Of a DNA stretch of 64,000 nt, positions 13,305-25,431 are shown piece after piece (positions within the stretch are counted from its first letter, which is position 1; every line of letters starts with the position of its first letter). Source of the stretch: Eledone cirrhosa. Lineage: Eukaryota. The notes under the pieces were generated by a model that worked only from the letters and a program-made list of their open reading frames with translations, did not search any database and was not told the origin of the DNA. The translations under genes were made by a program, and so were the position numbers. The DNA lies in NCBI GenBank assembly GCA_964016885.1, contig OZ024756.1:15066001-15130000 (forward strand), in the 5' to 3' direction.

Positions 13305-13664
13305 AATATGGTTTTATAAATATAGTTTCCATTTATTAATATCGTATATCTACTCCAAAAACTTGTCGAGTGCTTTATATCAGTTATAAAATATTTACTT
13401 GTTGTATCCCAACAATTTTAAATAGAACTTTTGCATATATATATATATATATATATATTCAACCTGTTAGTTCTATCGTTACTTTGGTATATTATTGTGT
13501 GTTAGATTTTGCCTACCACAATGTTCGATTTGTCAAGCTATTTAAACGTATGTTATTACTCTAAGGACCTAACTTATCGAGTGCTTTGCTAACTCATCAT
13601 TTCATATAAGTAGGCCGAATTTGCTTGCAAACCGCCAGAGATTCGATTTTACTAAATTTCCAAT

Positions 13665-13716
<52 letters not shown>

Positions 13717-13838
13717 GGGGTGGGATGACTTCTTCAGGACTAGAACTGTTTTATTTGTATGATGAAATCATTATCATCATCATATAGATGCTCATGTAAA
13801 GGGTTAAAATAAGATTTTAGTAAATTATTTTTACCCAC

Positions 13839-14035
13839 CTTAAACCATTTAAACAGATCTTGGGGTGTGGTTTGGCCAGTTTTGATCCAATGGTGATTTT
13901 CCCCTCAGAAATGTAGTGATAGATGACTTTAGATAAAAGAGGATCTTCATTTAAGTTAGCGAGATGATGCTGTGTTGACTGTCTTTGTAAATCTCCATGA
14001 ATTGACTCATTGTCCATTAACTGAGCTGCAGCAAG
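13839..14035 (-). CDS. KIF28: KIF28-like exon (LAAAQ...[27 protein letters not shown]...ICLNGL-S)
   Basis: HLxNLNEDPxLS motif preceding the FHA domain; CTACAG/GTGGGT; 197 nt. Confidence 0.94.
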
Positions 14036-14092
14036 CTGTAGGAAAAGAAAGGTCTCATATAAAACCGACACACACACACAAATGATAATTGA

Positions 14093-14186
14093 CTTGTTGC
14101 TGGTGTACTTGGTGACAGCCTTGGTACCCTCAGAGATGGCATGCTTAGCCAACTCACCAAGGAGAAGACAGACAGCAGTCTGTATG
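14093..14186 (-). pseudogene. Histone H2B C-terminal fragment
   Basis: [31 protein letters not shown] versus canonical [32 protein letters not shown]. Confidence 0.9.
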
Positions 14187-14293
14187 TACTTCATGGTTAC
14201 TGATGGTAGAACGTTTGTTGTAGCAAGCCAAATATCAACTGTTTTTGATGTTTTTACTGACTAACCCAACTAACCCAATTATCAATTACTTAA

Positions 14294-15254
14294 CCTCTTC
14301 AGTGCCACAGACCAGATAACTCGTCCTAACGTGTGCATTCCAGTGCCACAGACGTGATAACTCGTCCTAACATGTATGCATTCCAGTGCCACAGACGTGA
14401 AAACTCGTCCTAACATGTATGCATTCCAGTGCCACAGACAAGATAACTCGTCCTAACATGTATGCATTCCAGTGCCACAGACGAGATAACTCGTTCTAAC
14501 ATGTATGCATTCTAGTGCCACAGACGACATAACTCGTCCTAACATGTATGCATTCCAGTGCCACAGACGAGATAACTCGTCCTAACATGTATGCATTCCA
14601 GTGCCACAGACGAGATAACTCGTCCTAACATGTATGCATTCCAGTGCCACAGACGAGATAACTCGTCCTAACATGTATGCATTCCAGTGCCACAGACGTG
14701 ATAACTCGTCCTAACATGTATGCATTCCAGTGCCACAGACGTGATAACTCGTCCTAACATGTATGCATTCCAGTACCACAGACGAGATAACTCGTCCTAA
14801 CATGTATGCATTCCAGTGCCACAGACGTGATAACTCGTCCTAACATGTATGCATTCCAGTGCCACAGACGTGATAACTCGTCCTAACATGTATGCATTCC
14901 AGTGCCACAGACGAGATAACTCGTCCTAACATGTATGCATTCCAGTGCCACAGACGTGATAACTCTTCCTAACATGTATGCATTCCAGTGCCACAGACGT
15001 GATAACTCTTCCTAACATGTATGCATTCCAGTGCCACAGATGAGATAACTCGTCCTAACATGTTTGAACTTGTTTCCAACAGTTTATGACTTCAAAGCTA
15101 GATGGAGTTACTAGTTTATTGATCTGTCGTTTGTCAATTATTTAGATATGTGTTGTTAATGAATGCTTGTTTTAAAAAAAATACTCATTTTACTGAAAAA
15201 TAATACCCGGCACAGCAACTGTAGCTGTGTAAAATATAAGTGGTAGTCAACAGG
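14294..15254. mobile_element. Non-autonomous piggyBac-type element containing a 43-bp satellite (about 18 copies)
   Basis: TTAA at 14290-14293 and 15255-15258; termini CCTCTTCAGTGCCAC / GTGGTAGTCAACAGG (11/15 inverted match); array at 14300-15063. Confidence 0.7.
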
Positions 15255-15526
15255 TTAATGTTAGATGTATTAATTTTTATTGATGACCATAATTTATTTG
15301 TAGGATATATCAATAATTTGATGATCGTTAAGTCGCTGATCATATTAAAATTTTGTTGATTGCCCTATGAATTTGTTCAATTCTGCCCATCCCACTACCG
15401 ATTCCATAGAGAAATATTCTGCGACTGATTAACCCCAGTTAGTATTGAGTAGGTCAGTGTGTGGCACAATATTGCAGTACCATGCATGCGTGAAGCACCT
15501 CATGATATTGTGATTTCATCAACCTA

Positions 15527-15588
<62 letters not shown>

Positions 15589-16542
15589 CATACATATAGG
15601 CACATGGCTTAGTGGTTAGAGCATTGGCCTTGCAATCGAAAGGTTGTGGGTTCAATTCTCAGACCGAGTGATGTGGTGTTTCCTTGAGCAAGACACTTTA
15701 TTTCACATTGCTCCAGTTTAGTCTGCTGTAGAAATGAGATGATAGGGACTAGGGTCTATATCATTCCACTGCAAAGTGGTCATGGAGGTGCCACGGCAAA
15801 AAAGCACCCAGCAGTCACTGTAAATGAGGTTGGTGTTAGGAAGGGCATCCAGCTGTAGAAATCAAGCCAGAATCAGTTCCCATCCCACCCTTGCAAGCAG
15901 GGAAAAGCGGACGTTGAGAGAGAAACTGTGTATAAGAGGAATAAACTATAGTGGCCATGTGATGCACATGGAAGATGACCACTGGATGGAGAAATACCAA
16001 GTAATCCCAGTGTAAGGAAAATGCAGTAGAGGTAGACCACGGAAATCATGGGTGGAGGTGGTGCGAGCTGACCTCAGATCACTGAAGATCACAGAGGAGA
16101 TGACAGAGGACTGTGACCAATGGAGAGATGCTGAAGAGGACCCATCTCACCCTTGCAAACAGATAAAAGCGGATGTAAAATTATGATGATGATAGAAAGA
16201 TGTAGGAAGCTCAGACGCAGAAAATAATTGCAATTACAGTTAGTTTCTATAAAATATCTTATATAAATCAGGTAAACATTTTTCCACCTCTAAAGGTTTT
16301 ACCCAGTTATTATAAGCTATTTTATAGGATCTCACTGGAATTATTTCCTTTTTCTGAGTTTCCTACATCTTATATATTTATTTCCTTGGTGCTTAGTAAG
16401 ATCAAAAATTCGAACCTCACACACGACACTTCATCATCATCATCATTTTATGTCCACTTTTCCCTGCTTGCAAGGGTGGTTTGTTTATATATATATAGTG
16501 ATGAAACATAGGTCAATTGCATGAACTCATAATCCTTTATTT

Positions 16543-16598
16543 ACTGCTATATATATTTCGATGATAGCCATTGAATGGCTATGACCTCATCAGGCAGT
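16543..16598 (-). ncRNA. Minimal type I hammerhead ribozyme motif
   Basis: ACTGC-CTGATGA-GGTCATAGCCAT-TCA-ATGGCTATCATC-GAAA-TATATA-TA-GCAGT. Confidence 0.75.
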
Positions 16599-16657
16599 TA
16601 GTCAGTTCTTAGATATGCCAGCTCTGTGTTTATAGTGATGGTATCAGAGCCTTGGGA

Positions 16658-16693
<36 letters not shown>

Positions 16694-16917
16694 CTGTTTT
16701 GCACGATTCTTGATGTGAAAGCGTGTATTGTTATATAAAAAAAGAGAAGAACAAATAGTGAATGAGGAGGTCACAGAATGTGTGACAAAAGAACTTTGAC
16801 AAAATAACCAACAACCAATAATAAAGCCTATGAAAGTCAAATAGTTTGTGTGCTTTCATTGTGAAAATTGGCAAAATGATCATCCCAAAATATAACAATA
16901 TATATATATTTATATAC

Positions 16918-16950
<33 letters not shown>

Positions 16951-17635
16951 ATCTTTTTATTTGTTTTGCAAGATTTTTTATGTAAAAACATGTTGAAACA
17001 GATATTGTTATACTTTGGGAAGGTGATGCTGCCAATAAAAACACAGACATCAGTTGAATTTCACTTCAATTTATTATTCGAGGTTAACTTTGCCTTTCAT
17101 CCTTACGGGGTCGATAAAATAAAGTACCAGTAATACACTGGTGAATTGCTGGTCTTGTGCCTAACGTAGAAACAATTATTATTGGTTAAGTAATCCCGCC
17201 GAGGTTAACTTTGCCTTTCATCCTTACGGGGTCGATAAAATAAAGTACCAGTAATACACTGGGTAATTGCTGGCCTTGTGCCTAAAGTAGAAACAATTAT
17301 TATTGGTTAAGTAACTAATTTTTCCATTAGTTAGTTTAATAAGCAGATGGTTGTTTAGCTGTTAATTGTCAAAGCTCTTTTGTCACACATTCTGTGACCT
17401 TTTCAGTGACTAATTTTGTTACTTTATGTCTCCGGTTTGTTCTGTTTTACACCATCTTGTCTTTATATAATGAGGAGATGGAGTGAAAGAGAACAAAGAC
17501 CTGTCTAGTCATAAAACATGAAAACATGACGACCCTCTCCAACTGTACCTACATGGAGAACGGACATAAATGGATGTGCTGATAGTGATATATGTACATA
17601 CGTGTGTGTGTGTGTGTGTGTGTGTTAGTACCTAC

Positions 17636-17733
17636 CTTCTCCTCCCAAGTCTGTGTTGACTCTGCCAACAATCTTTGGTTCGCATGGAGTTGTGATTGTA
17701 AATTCTCCAACTCTTTCCTGAGTTCCTCGTCAT
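17636..17733 (-). CDS. KIF28: KIF28-like exon, CC1 (DDEELRKELENLQSQLHANQRLLAESTQTWEEK)
   Basis: Kinesin-3 TWEEKL motif; ACTAAT branch-like site, TTGACAG/GTAGGT; 98 nt. Confidence 0.9.
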
Positions 17734-17765
17734 CTGTCAAGTAGACAACCTTAACATTAGTGTGT

Positions 17766-17809
<44 letters not shown>

Positions 17810-17811
<2 letters not shown>

Positions 17812-19863
17812 TGTTAGTCCAGGGTAGTACAATAAGCAAGGCAATCAAAGATATGAAGACGGGTAAGGCGGCTGGTCCTTCGGAAATAGTTGCTGAGATG
17901 CTGAAGGCATCTGGTTCGGTGGGACACACCATGGTCACCCGGATAGTTAACCAAGTCGTACAGAATGGGGTTGTTCCAAAGGACTGGCGTAGCAGCATTA
18001 TCGTTAACTGCTATAAGGGAAAAGGAGATGCCCTAGATAGGAGTAACTATAGAGGCATTAAATTAATCGACCACGTCATGAAGGTCACGGAAAAAGTAAT
18101 AGCGCAACTAATCAGAGAGAGAATTGATCTAGATGAAATGCAGTTCGGGTTTGTGTCAGGCAAAAGTACCACAGACGCTCTTTTCATTGTACGACAACTA
18201 CAGGAGAAGTACCTAGCTAAAAGTAAACCCCTATACTTAGCTTTCGTCGACTTGGAGAAAGCCTTCGACAGAGTCCCCCATTCCATTATCTGGTGGTCTC
18301 TTAGAAAACTAGGTGTTGATGAATGGCTTGTGAGAGCTATACAAGCCATGTATAAAGAAACAGTCAGTAAGGTTAGAATTAACAACGAATATAGTGAAGA
18401 GTTTAGCGTAAAAGTTGGTGTCCATCAGGGCTCTGTTCTTAGCCCCCTACTATTTATTATTGCCCTTCAGGCTATAACAGAGGAGTTCAAGACCGGCTGC
18501 CCATGGGAACTCCTATACGCAGATGATCTAACGCTCATAGCTGAATCAATGACCGAACTAGAGAAGAAATTCCAAACATGGAAGCACGGCCTAGAATCAA
18601 AAGGCCTTAAAATTAACCTGGCTAAGACTAAAGTTCTAGTTTGTAGGAAAGAAAATAAGGCGGCGGTCCCATCTGGGAAATGGCCATGCTCAGTGTGTAG
18701 GAAAGGCGTAGGTAGAAACTCCATTTTATGTCCCAAATGCAAAGTATGGGTGCATAAAAGATGTAGTGGGATCACAGGTAAGCTAACTAAGAACATAGAT
18801 TTTACATGTGACCGGTGCTCTGGTGCAATAAGTAGCAGCAAGTGCCCACAAAATACTAGCTCCTTCAACTGCGCAGAGGGTTCTATAGAAATAGTGGACA
18901 GCTTCCGTTACCTGGGTGACAAAATCAGCAGTGGGGGAGGGTGCTCTGAAAGTACAGTAGCCAGAGTCAGAACTGGATGGAAAAAGTTCAGAGAGCTTAT
19001 ACCACTATTAGCCGCTAGAGGGTTCTCCCTAAAAATGAAAGGCAGGTTATACGATGCCTGCATACGAACAGCAATGCTGCATGGCAGTGAGACCTGGGCA
19101 TTGTGTGCAGAGGATATACGCAGACTAGAGAGGAATGAAGCTTGCATGCTCCGCTGGATGTGCAATAGTAATATACATGAACGGCAAAGCATAAACGAAC
19201 TAAGGAAAAAATTAGAAATAAGAGGGATCAGATGTTGTTTACTCGAGAGAAGGCTACGTTGGTACGGTCACGTGATGCGCATGAAAGACGACAGCTGTAT
19301 AACAAAGTGCAGGGCAATAAAGATAGACGGTAGCCACGGAGTAGGCAGACCCAGAAAAACATGGGACGAGCTGATAAATTCCGACCTAACACGCTTACAC
19401 CTCTCCAAGACAATGTCACTGGACCGAGACCTTTGGCAGTACTCAGTAATAGAGAAGACCCGCCTTACCTAAATACAAAGTAAAAACCTACTACAGTCAG
19501 TAGGCATCTCTATCAAAACACACCCCGTCCCACCACCTCCACCCCATCCACACCGCCCCTTTCAATGTAAAGTTATGTTGGTCCCACAACATCCAGGCCG
19601 AAACAAATGAGATCGTGTAGGTGTCACGACAAAAAAACACACAGTCCACGCTGTAAATGTGGCCATGTAGGCAACACGGTAAAAACCTCCCAGCCCCACA
19701 CTGTAAATGTGGTTGGTGTTAGGAAGGGCATCCAGCTGTAGAAAACCCGCCAGACAGTCCTATGCGAGCAAGACAACCACTCTTGCCTCAAGTGGGAAAA
19801 CCCCCGTCCAAACCCATGCAAGCGTGGAACACGGACGCTAAACCTGATGATGATGATGATGAT
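17810..19863 (+). mobile_element. 5'-truncated RTE-clade LINE with open RT domain, Cys/His finger and 3'UTR
   Basis: About 550 uninterrupted codons: KAAGP, NYRGIKL, QFGF, FVDLEKAFD, GVHQGSVLSP, YADD, CSVC..C..C..WVHKRC, FRYLG; (ATG)n tail; antisense to the host gene. Confidence 0.93.
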
Positions 19864-20241
19864 ACACATACACACATATGTACATATATATATATATATG
19901 TATATAGAAGGCACATGGCTTAGTGGTTAGAGCACTGGCCTTGCAATCGAAAGGTTGTGAGTTCAATTCTCAGACCGGGTGATGTGTTGTTTCCTTGAGC
20001 AAGACACTTTATTTCACATTGCTCCAGTTTACTCAGCTGTAGAAATGAGATGATAGGCAAAATGACAGCAAAATGGTCGTGGAGGTGCCACGGCAAAAAA
20101 GCACCCAGCACTCACTGTAAATGAGGTTGGTGTTAGGAAGGGCATCCAGCTGTAGAAATCAAGCCAGAATCAGTTCCTGTCCCACCCTTGCAAGCAGGGA
20201 AAAAGCGGACGTAAAATGAAATGATGAAAAATGATGATGAT

Positions 20242-20633
20242 AGAAGTTTAGGGAGCTGCTTCCTCTGTTGACGAAGAAGGGTTTCTCCCTGCGTACGAAA
20301 GGCCGGTTGTATGATGCCTGTGTGAGGAGCGCGATGCTGCATGGTAGTGAGACATGGGCAGCAACTGCAGAGGATATGCGATGGCTGGAGAGAAATGAGG
20401 CAAGCATGCTCCGTTGGATGTGCAGTGTCAATGTGCGTGAACGACCCAGTATGAATGTGTTGAGAGAGAAACTGTGTCTGAGAGGGATAGAATGTAGTGT
20501 ACGGGAGAAGAGACTGAGGTGGTATGGACATCTGATGCGCATGGAGGATGACCGAAGGGTGAAGAAGTGCCAGGAAATGCCAGTTGAAAGAAGACGTGGT
20601 AGAGGTAGACCACGAAAAACATGGGCGGAAGTG
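20242..20633 (+). mobile_element. RTE LINE 3' fragment
   Basis: KGRLYDACVRSAMLHGSETW...RLRWYGHL...GRPRKTW. Confidence 0.85.
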
Positions 20634-20899
20634 TGGGGGGAGGTTCAACCTGTCCGTCACAGGTCACTTTGCGGTGGGAAATTTTAAAAAAATGTTTCTT
20701 CAAAATTCAAAATTTTAAAACTTAAAAAAAAACAAAAAAAAACAGAGCAGACTATCAGTAGTAGTTCTTAAGCAGGAACTTCCGGAATCAGTAATTTTTT
20801 CTCTCTTATATTGTGTGTGTGTGTGGGGGGGGGGGGGGGGGGGGTCAGCCTGTCCTGAGAGGAGTGACAATCAATAGGACTGTCTGGATCAGATGTAAA

Positions 20900-23800
20900 G
20901 GGTTGAACCAGAGTTATCTATACAATAGGATACAACAATCATAAAACTTTACCCTGTGTTGAACCAGGCTTATCTAGACTGTTCTGTTCTACATAATATG
21001 ATACAACAATCATAAAACCTTACAGTGTGTTGAACCAGGCTTATCTAGACTGTTCTGTTCTACATAATATGATACAACAATCATAAAACCTTACAGTGTG
21101 TTGAACCAGGCTTATCTAGACTGTTCTGTTCTACATAATATGATACAACAATCATAAAACCTTACAGTGTGTTGAACCAGGCTTATCTAGACTGTTCTGT
21201 TCTACATAATATGATACAACAATCATAAAACCTTACAGTGTGTTGAACCAGGCTTATCTAGACTGTTCTGTTCTACATAATATGATACAACAATCATAAA
21301 ACCTTACAGTGTGTTGAACCAGGCTTATCTAGACTGTTCTGTTCTACATAATATGATACAACAATCATAAAACCTTACAGTGTGTTGAACCAGGCTTATC
21401 TAGACTGTTCTGTTCTACATAATATGATACAACAATCATAAAACCTTACAGTGTGTTGAACCAGGCTTATCTAGACTGTTCTGTTCTACATAATATGATA
21501 CAACAATCATAAAACCTTACCCTGTATTGAACCAGGCTTATCTAGACTGTTCTGTTCTACATAATATGATACAACAATCATAAAACCTTACCCTGTATTG
21601 AACCAGGCTTATCTAGACTGTTCTGTTCTACATAATATGATACAACAATCATAAAACCTTACCCTGTATTGAACCAGGCTTATCTAGACTGTTCTGTTCT
21701 ACATAATATGATACAACAATCATAAAACTTTACCCTGTGTTGAACCAGGCTTATCTAGACTGTTCTGTTCTACATAATATGATACTAAAATCATAAAACC
21801 TTACAGTGTGTTGAACCAGGCTTATCTAGACTGTTCTGTTCTACATAATATGATACTAAAATCATAAAACCTTACAGTGTGTTGAACCAGGCTTATCTAG
21901 ACTGTTCTGTTCTACATAATATGATACAAAAATCATAAAACCTTACCCTGTGTTGAACCAGGCTTATCTAGACTGTTCTGTTCTACATAATATGATACTA
22001 AAATCATAAAACCTTACAGTGTGTTGAACCAGGCTTATCTAGACTGTTCTGTTCTACATAATATGATACTAAAATCATAAAACCTTACAGTGTGTTGAAC
22101 CAGGCTTATCTAGACTGTTCTGTTCTACATAATATGATACTAAAATCATAAAACCTTACAGTGTGTTGAACCAGGCTTATCTAGACTGTTCTGTTCTACA
22201 TAATATGATACAACAATCATAAAACCTTACAGTGTGTTGAACCAGGCTTATCTAGACTGTTCTGTTCTACATAATATGATACTAAAATCATAAAACCTTA
22301 CCCTGTGTTGAACCAGGCTTATCTAGACTGTTCTGTTCTACATAATATGATACAACAATCATAAAACCTTACAGTGTGTTGAACCAGGCTTATCTAGACT
22401 GTTCTGTTCTACATAATATGATACTAAAATCATAAAACCTTACCCTGTGTTGAACCAGGCTTATCTAGACTGTTCTGTTCTACATAATATGATACTAAAA
22501 TCATAAAACCTTACCCTGTGTTGAACCAGGCTTATCTAGACTGTTCTGTTCTACATAATATGATACAAAAATCATAAAACCTTACAGTGTGTTGAACCAG
22601 GCTTATCTAGACTGTTCTGTTCTACATAATATGATACAAAAATCATAAAACCTTACAGTGTGTTGAACCAGGCTTATCTAGACTGTTCTGTTCTACATAA
22701 TATGATACAAAAATCATAAAACCTTACAGTGTGTTGAACCAGGCTTATCTAGACTGTTCTGTTCTACATAATATGATACAAAAATCATAAAACCTTACAG
22801 TGTGTTGAACCAGGCTTATCTAGACTGTTCTGTTCTACATAATATGATACAAAAATCATAAAACCTTACAGTGTGTTGAACCAGGCTTATCTAGACTGTT
22901 CTGTTCTACATAATATGATACTAAAATCATAAAACCTTACCCTGTGTTGAACCAGGCTTATCTAGACTGTTCTGTTCTACATAATATGATACAAAAATCA
23001 TAAAACCTTACAGTGTGTTGAACCAGGCTTATCTAGACTGTTCTGTTCTACATAATATGATACAAAAATCATAAAACCTTACAGTGTGTTGAACCAGGCT
23101 TATCTAGACTGTTCTGTTCTACATAATATGATACAAAAATCATAAAACCTTACAGTGTGTTGAACCAGGCTTATCTAGACTGTTCTGTTCTACATAATAT
23201 GATACAAAAATCATAAAACTTACAGTGTGTTGAACCAGGCTTATCTAGACTGTTCTGTTCTACATAATATGATACAAAAATCATAAAACCTTACAGTGTG
23301 TTGAACCAGGCTTATCTAGACTGTTCTGTTCTACATAATATGATACAAAAATCATAAAACCTTACAGTGTGTTGAACCAGGCTTATCTAGACTGTTCTGT
23401 TCTACATAATATGATACTAAAATCATAAAACCTTACCCTGTGTTGAACCAGGCTTATCTAGACTGTTCTGTTCTACATAATATGATACTAAAATCATAAA
23501 ACCTTACCCTGTGTTGAACCAGGCTTATCTAGACTGTTCTGTTCTACATAATATGATACAAAAATCATAAAACCTTACAGTGTGTTGAACCAGGCTTATC
23601 TAGACTGTTCTGTTCTACATAATATGATACAAAAATCATAAAACCTTACAGTGTGTTGAACCAGGCTTATCTAGACTGTTCTGTTCTACATAATATGATA
23701 CAAAAATCATAAAACCTTACAGTGTGTTGAACCAGGCTTATCTAGACTGTTCTGTTCTACATAATATGATACAAAAATCATAAAACCTTACAGTGTGTTG

Positions 23801-24020
23801 AACCAGGCTTATCTAGACTGTTCTGTTCTACATAATATGATACAAAAATCATAAAACCTTACAGTGTGTTGAACCAGGCTTATCTAGACTGTTCTGTTCT
23901 ACATAATATGATACTAAAATCATAAAACCTTACCCTGTGTTGAACCAGGCTTATCTAGACTGTTCTGTTCTACATAATATGATACTAAAATCATAAAACC
24001 TTACCCTGTGTTGAACCAGG
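20900..24020. repeat. 71-bp tandem array (about 43 copies) derived from the exon 24005-24071 end and splice donor
   Basis: Period 71 (e.g. ttac at 22511 and 22582); the last unit merges into the real exon end. Confidence 0.95.
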
Positions 24021-24071
24021 ATGATCTAGGCCATTCTGCTCCATTGATTTCTTTAATCGTTCGTTCTCTTC
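24005..24071 (-). CDS. KIF28: KIF28-like exon, neck coil and hinge (EENERLKKSMEQNGLDHPGSTQ)
   Basis: Continues RELK|EENERLK; TTCAG/GTAAG; 67 nt. Its 3' end is the template of the 71-bp array. Confidence 0.9.
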
Positions 24072-24289
24072 CTGAATTAGTAAATGAAACACAAATAAAA
24101 TTTGAATATTCCTCAATAAATGTTAAGGATGTTATCAAATCCCAATATCAAAGGATTCTAAAAGACAATACTATCATTATAGTTATTAGCAGTAATCAGT
24201 AGAGCCTCAGACAAGAGGGTTTGAAACATAGAGTTATGTCCCATTACGTTCTGAATCCAAATTCTGTCAAGGTTAGCTTTGCCTTTCCG

Positions 24290-25210
24290 GGATAGTGGTA
24301 GGAAAGATATTGAGAGGATATGGAACATCTGTGGGCCTGAGGCACGAGTAGAGGAGGCATGAGACCGGTGTGCTTTGAAAAGTAGAGGCCATTGTAGTAG
24401 TGGTAGAAGAGATATTGAGAGGACACAGCGCATCTGAGAAGTAAAGTGACATGAGACCAGCAAGCTGGCAGAAGAAGGGACAATTGTAATAGTGATAGAA
24501 GAGTTAGTGGGAGGAGTCTGTACATTTGTAGAGCAGAGGACATTGTAGTAGTGGTAGAAAAAATATTGAGAGGACACAGTATATCTATGGGCCTGATACT
24601 GAAGTAGAGGTGACATGAGACTAGCAAACTTTGAAGAGCAGAGGACATTGTATTAGTAGTAGAAAATATATTGAGAGGACACAGTATGTCTATGGGCCTG
24701 ATACTGAAGTAGAGGTGACATGAGACTAGCAAACTTTGAAGAGCAGAGGACATTGTAGTAGTGGTAGAAAATATATTGAGAGGACATAGAACATCTGTGG
24801 GCCTGATACTGAAGTAGAGGTGTCATGAGACTAGTAAACTTTGAAGAGCAGAGGACATTGTAGTAGTGATAGAAAATATATTGAGAGGACATGGTATGTC
24901 TATGGGCCTGATACTGAAGTAGAGGTGACACAAGACTAGTAAACTTTGAAGGGAAGAGGACATTGTAGTAGTGGTAGAAAATATATTGAGAGGACACAGT
25001 ATGTCTATGGGCCTGATACTGAAGTAGAGGTGACATGAGACTAGCAAACTTTGAAGAGTAGAGGACATTGTAGTAGTGGTAGAAAATATATTGAGAGGAC
25101 ACAGTATGTCTATGGGCCTGATACTGAAGTAGAGGTGACATGAGACTAGCAAACTTTGAAGAGCAGAGACCATCGTGGAAGTGGTATAAGAGATATTGAG
25201 GGGACACAGA
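24290..25210. repeat. 105-bp minisatellite (about 6 conserved plus degenerate copies)
   Basis: cattgta recurs at 24541, 24646, 24751, 24856, 24961 and 25066. Confidence 0.9.
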
Positions 25211-25280
25211 AAATTTGTGAGCCCAAGGCTGGAGAGTATCAGAAAAAAAAACAAGTCACTAGAAAGTGAAAGATACTGAC

Positions 25281-25431
25281 CTTAAGTTCGCGGATCAGTT
25301 TATCAATTGGATTCTCATTAACAACAGCTTTGTTCTTGATCTGCTTGGCTCGGTCAGCATAGCGAAGTGTGGAGAGTGTTTCATCATAATTGATATTGGC
25401 TGGAGACAGAGCGGCTATCATCACAGTTCGA
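25281..25431 (-). CDS. KIF28: KIF28-like exon, motor end and neck linker ([11 protein letters not shown]...[34 protein letters not shown])
   Basis: Kinesin-3 [13 protein letters not shown] and AVVNE motifs; TGTAG/GTCAGT; 151 nt. Confidence 0.96.

Noticed and set aside
14300-15063. CRISPR-like array with a palindromic repeat
   Set aside because: No unique spacers (head-to-tail units), eukaryotic intron, no cas genes; the same applies to the 71-bp array.
15597-15670. tRNA gene
   Set aside because: It is the tRNA-derived head of a multi-copy SINE, continuing into core and tail.
20888-20918. Terminal degenerate array unit as an alternative last exon (DNSGSTLYI-stop)
   Set aside because: An AG and in-frame stop exist, but nothing else supports it; more simply a decayed array edge.
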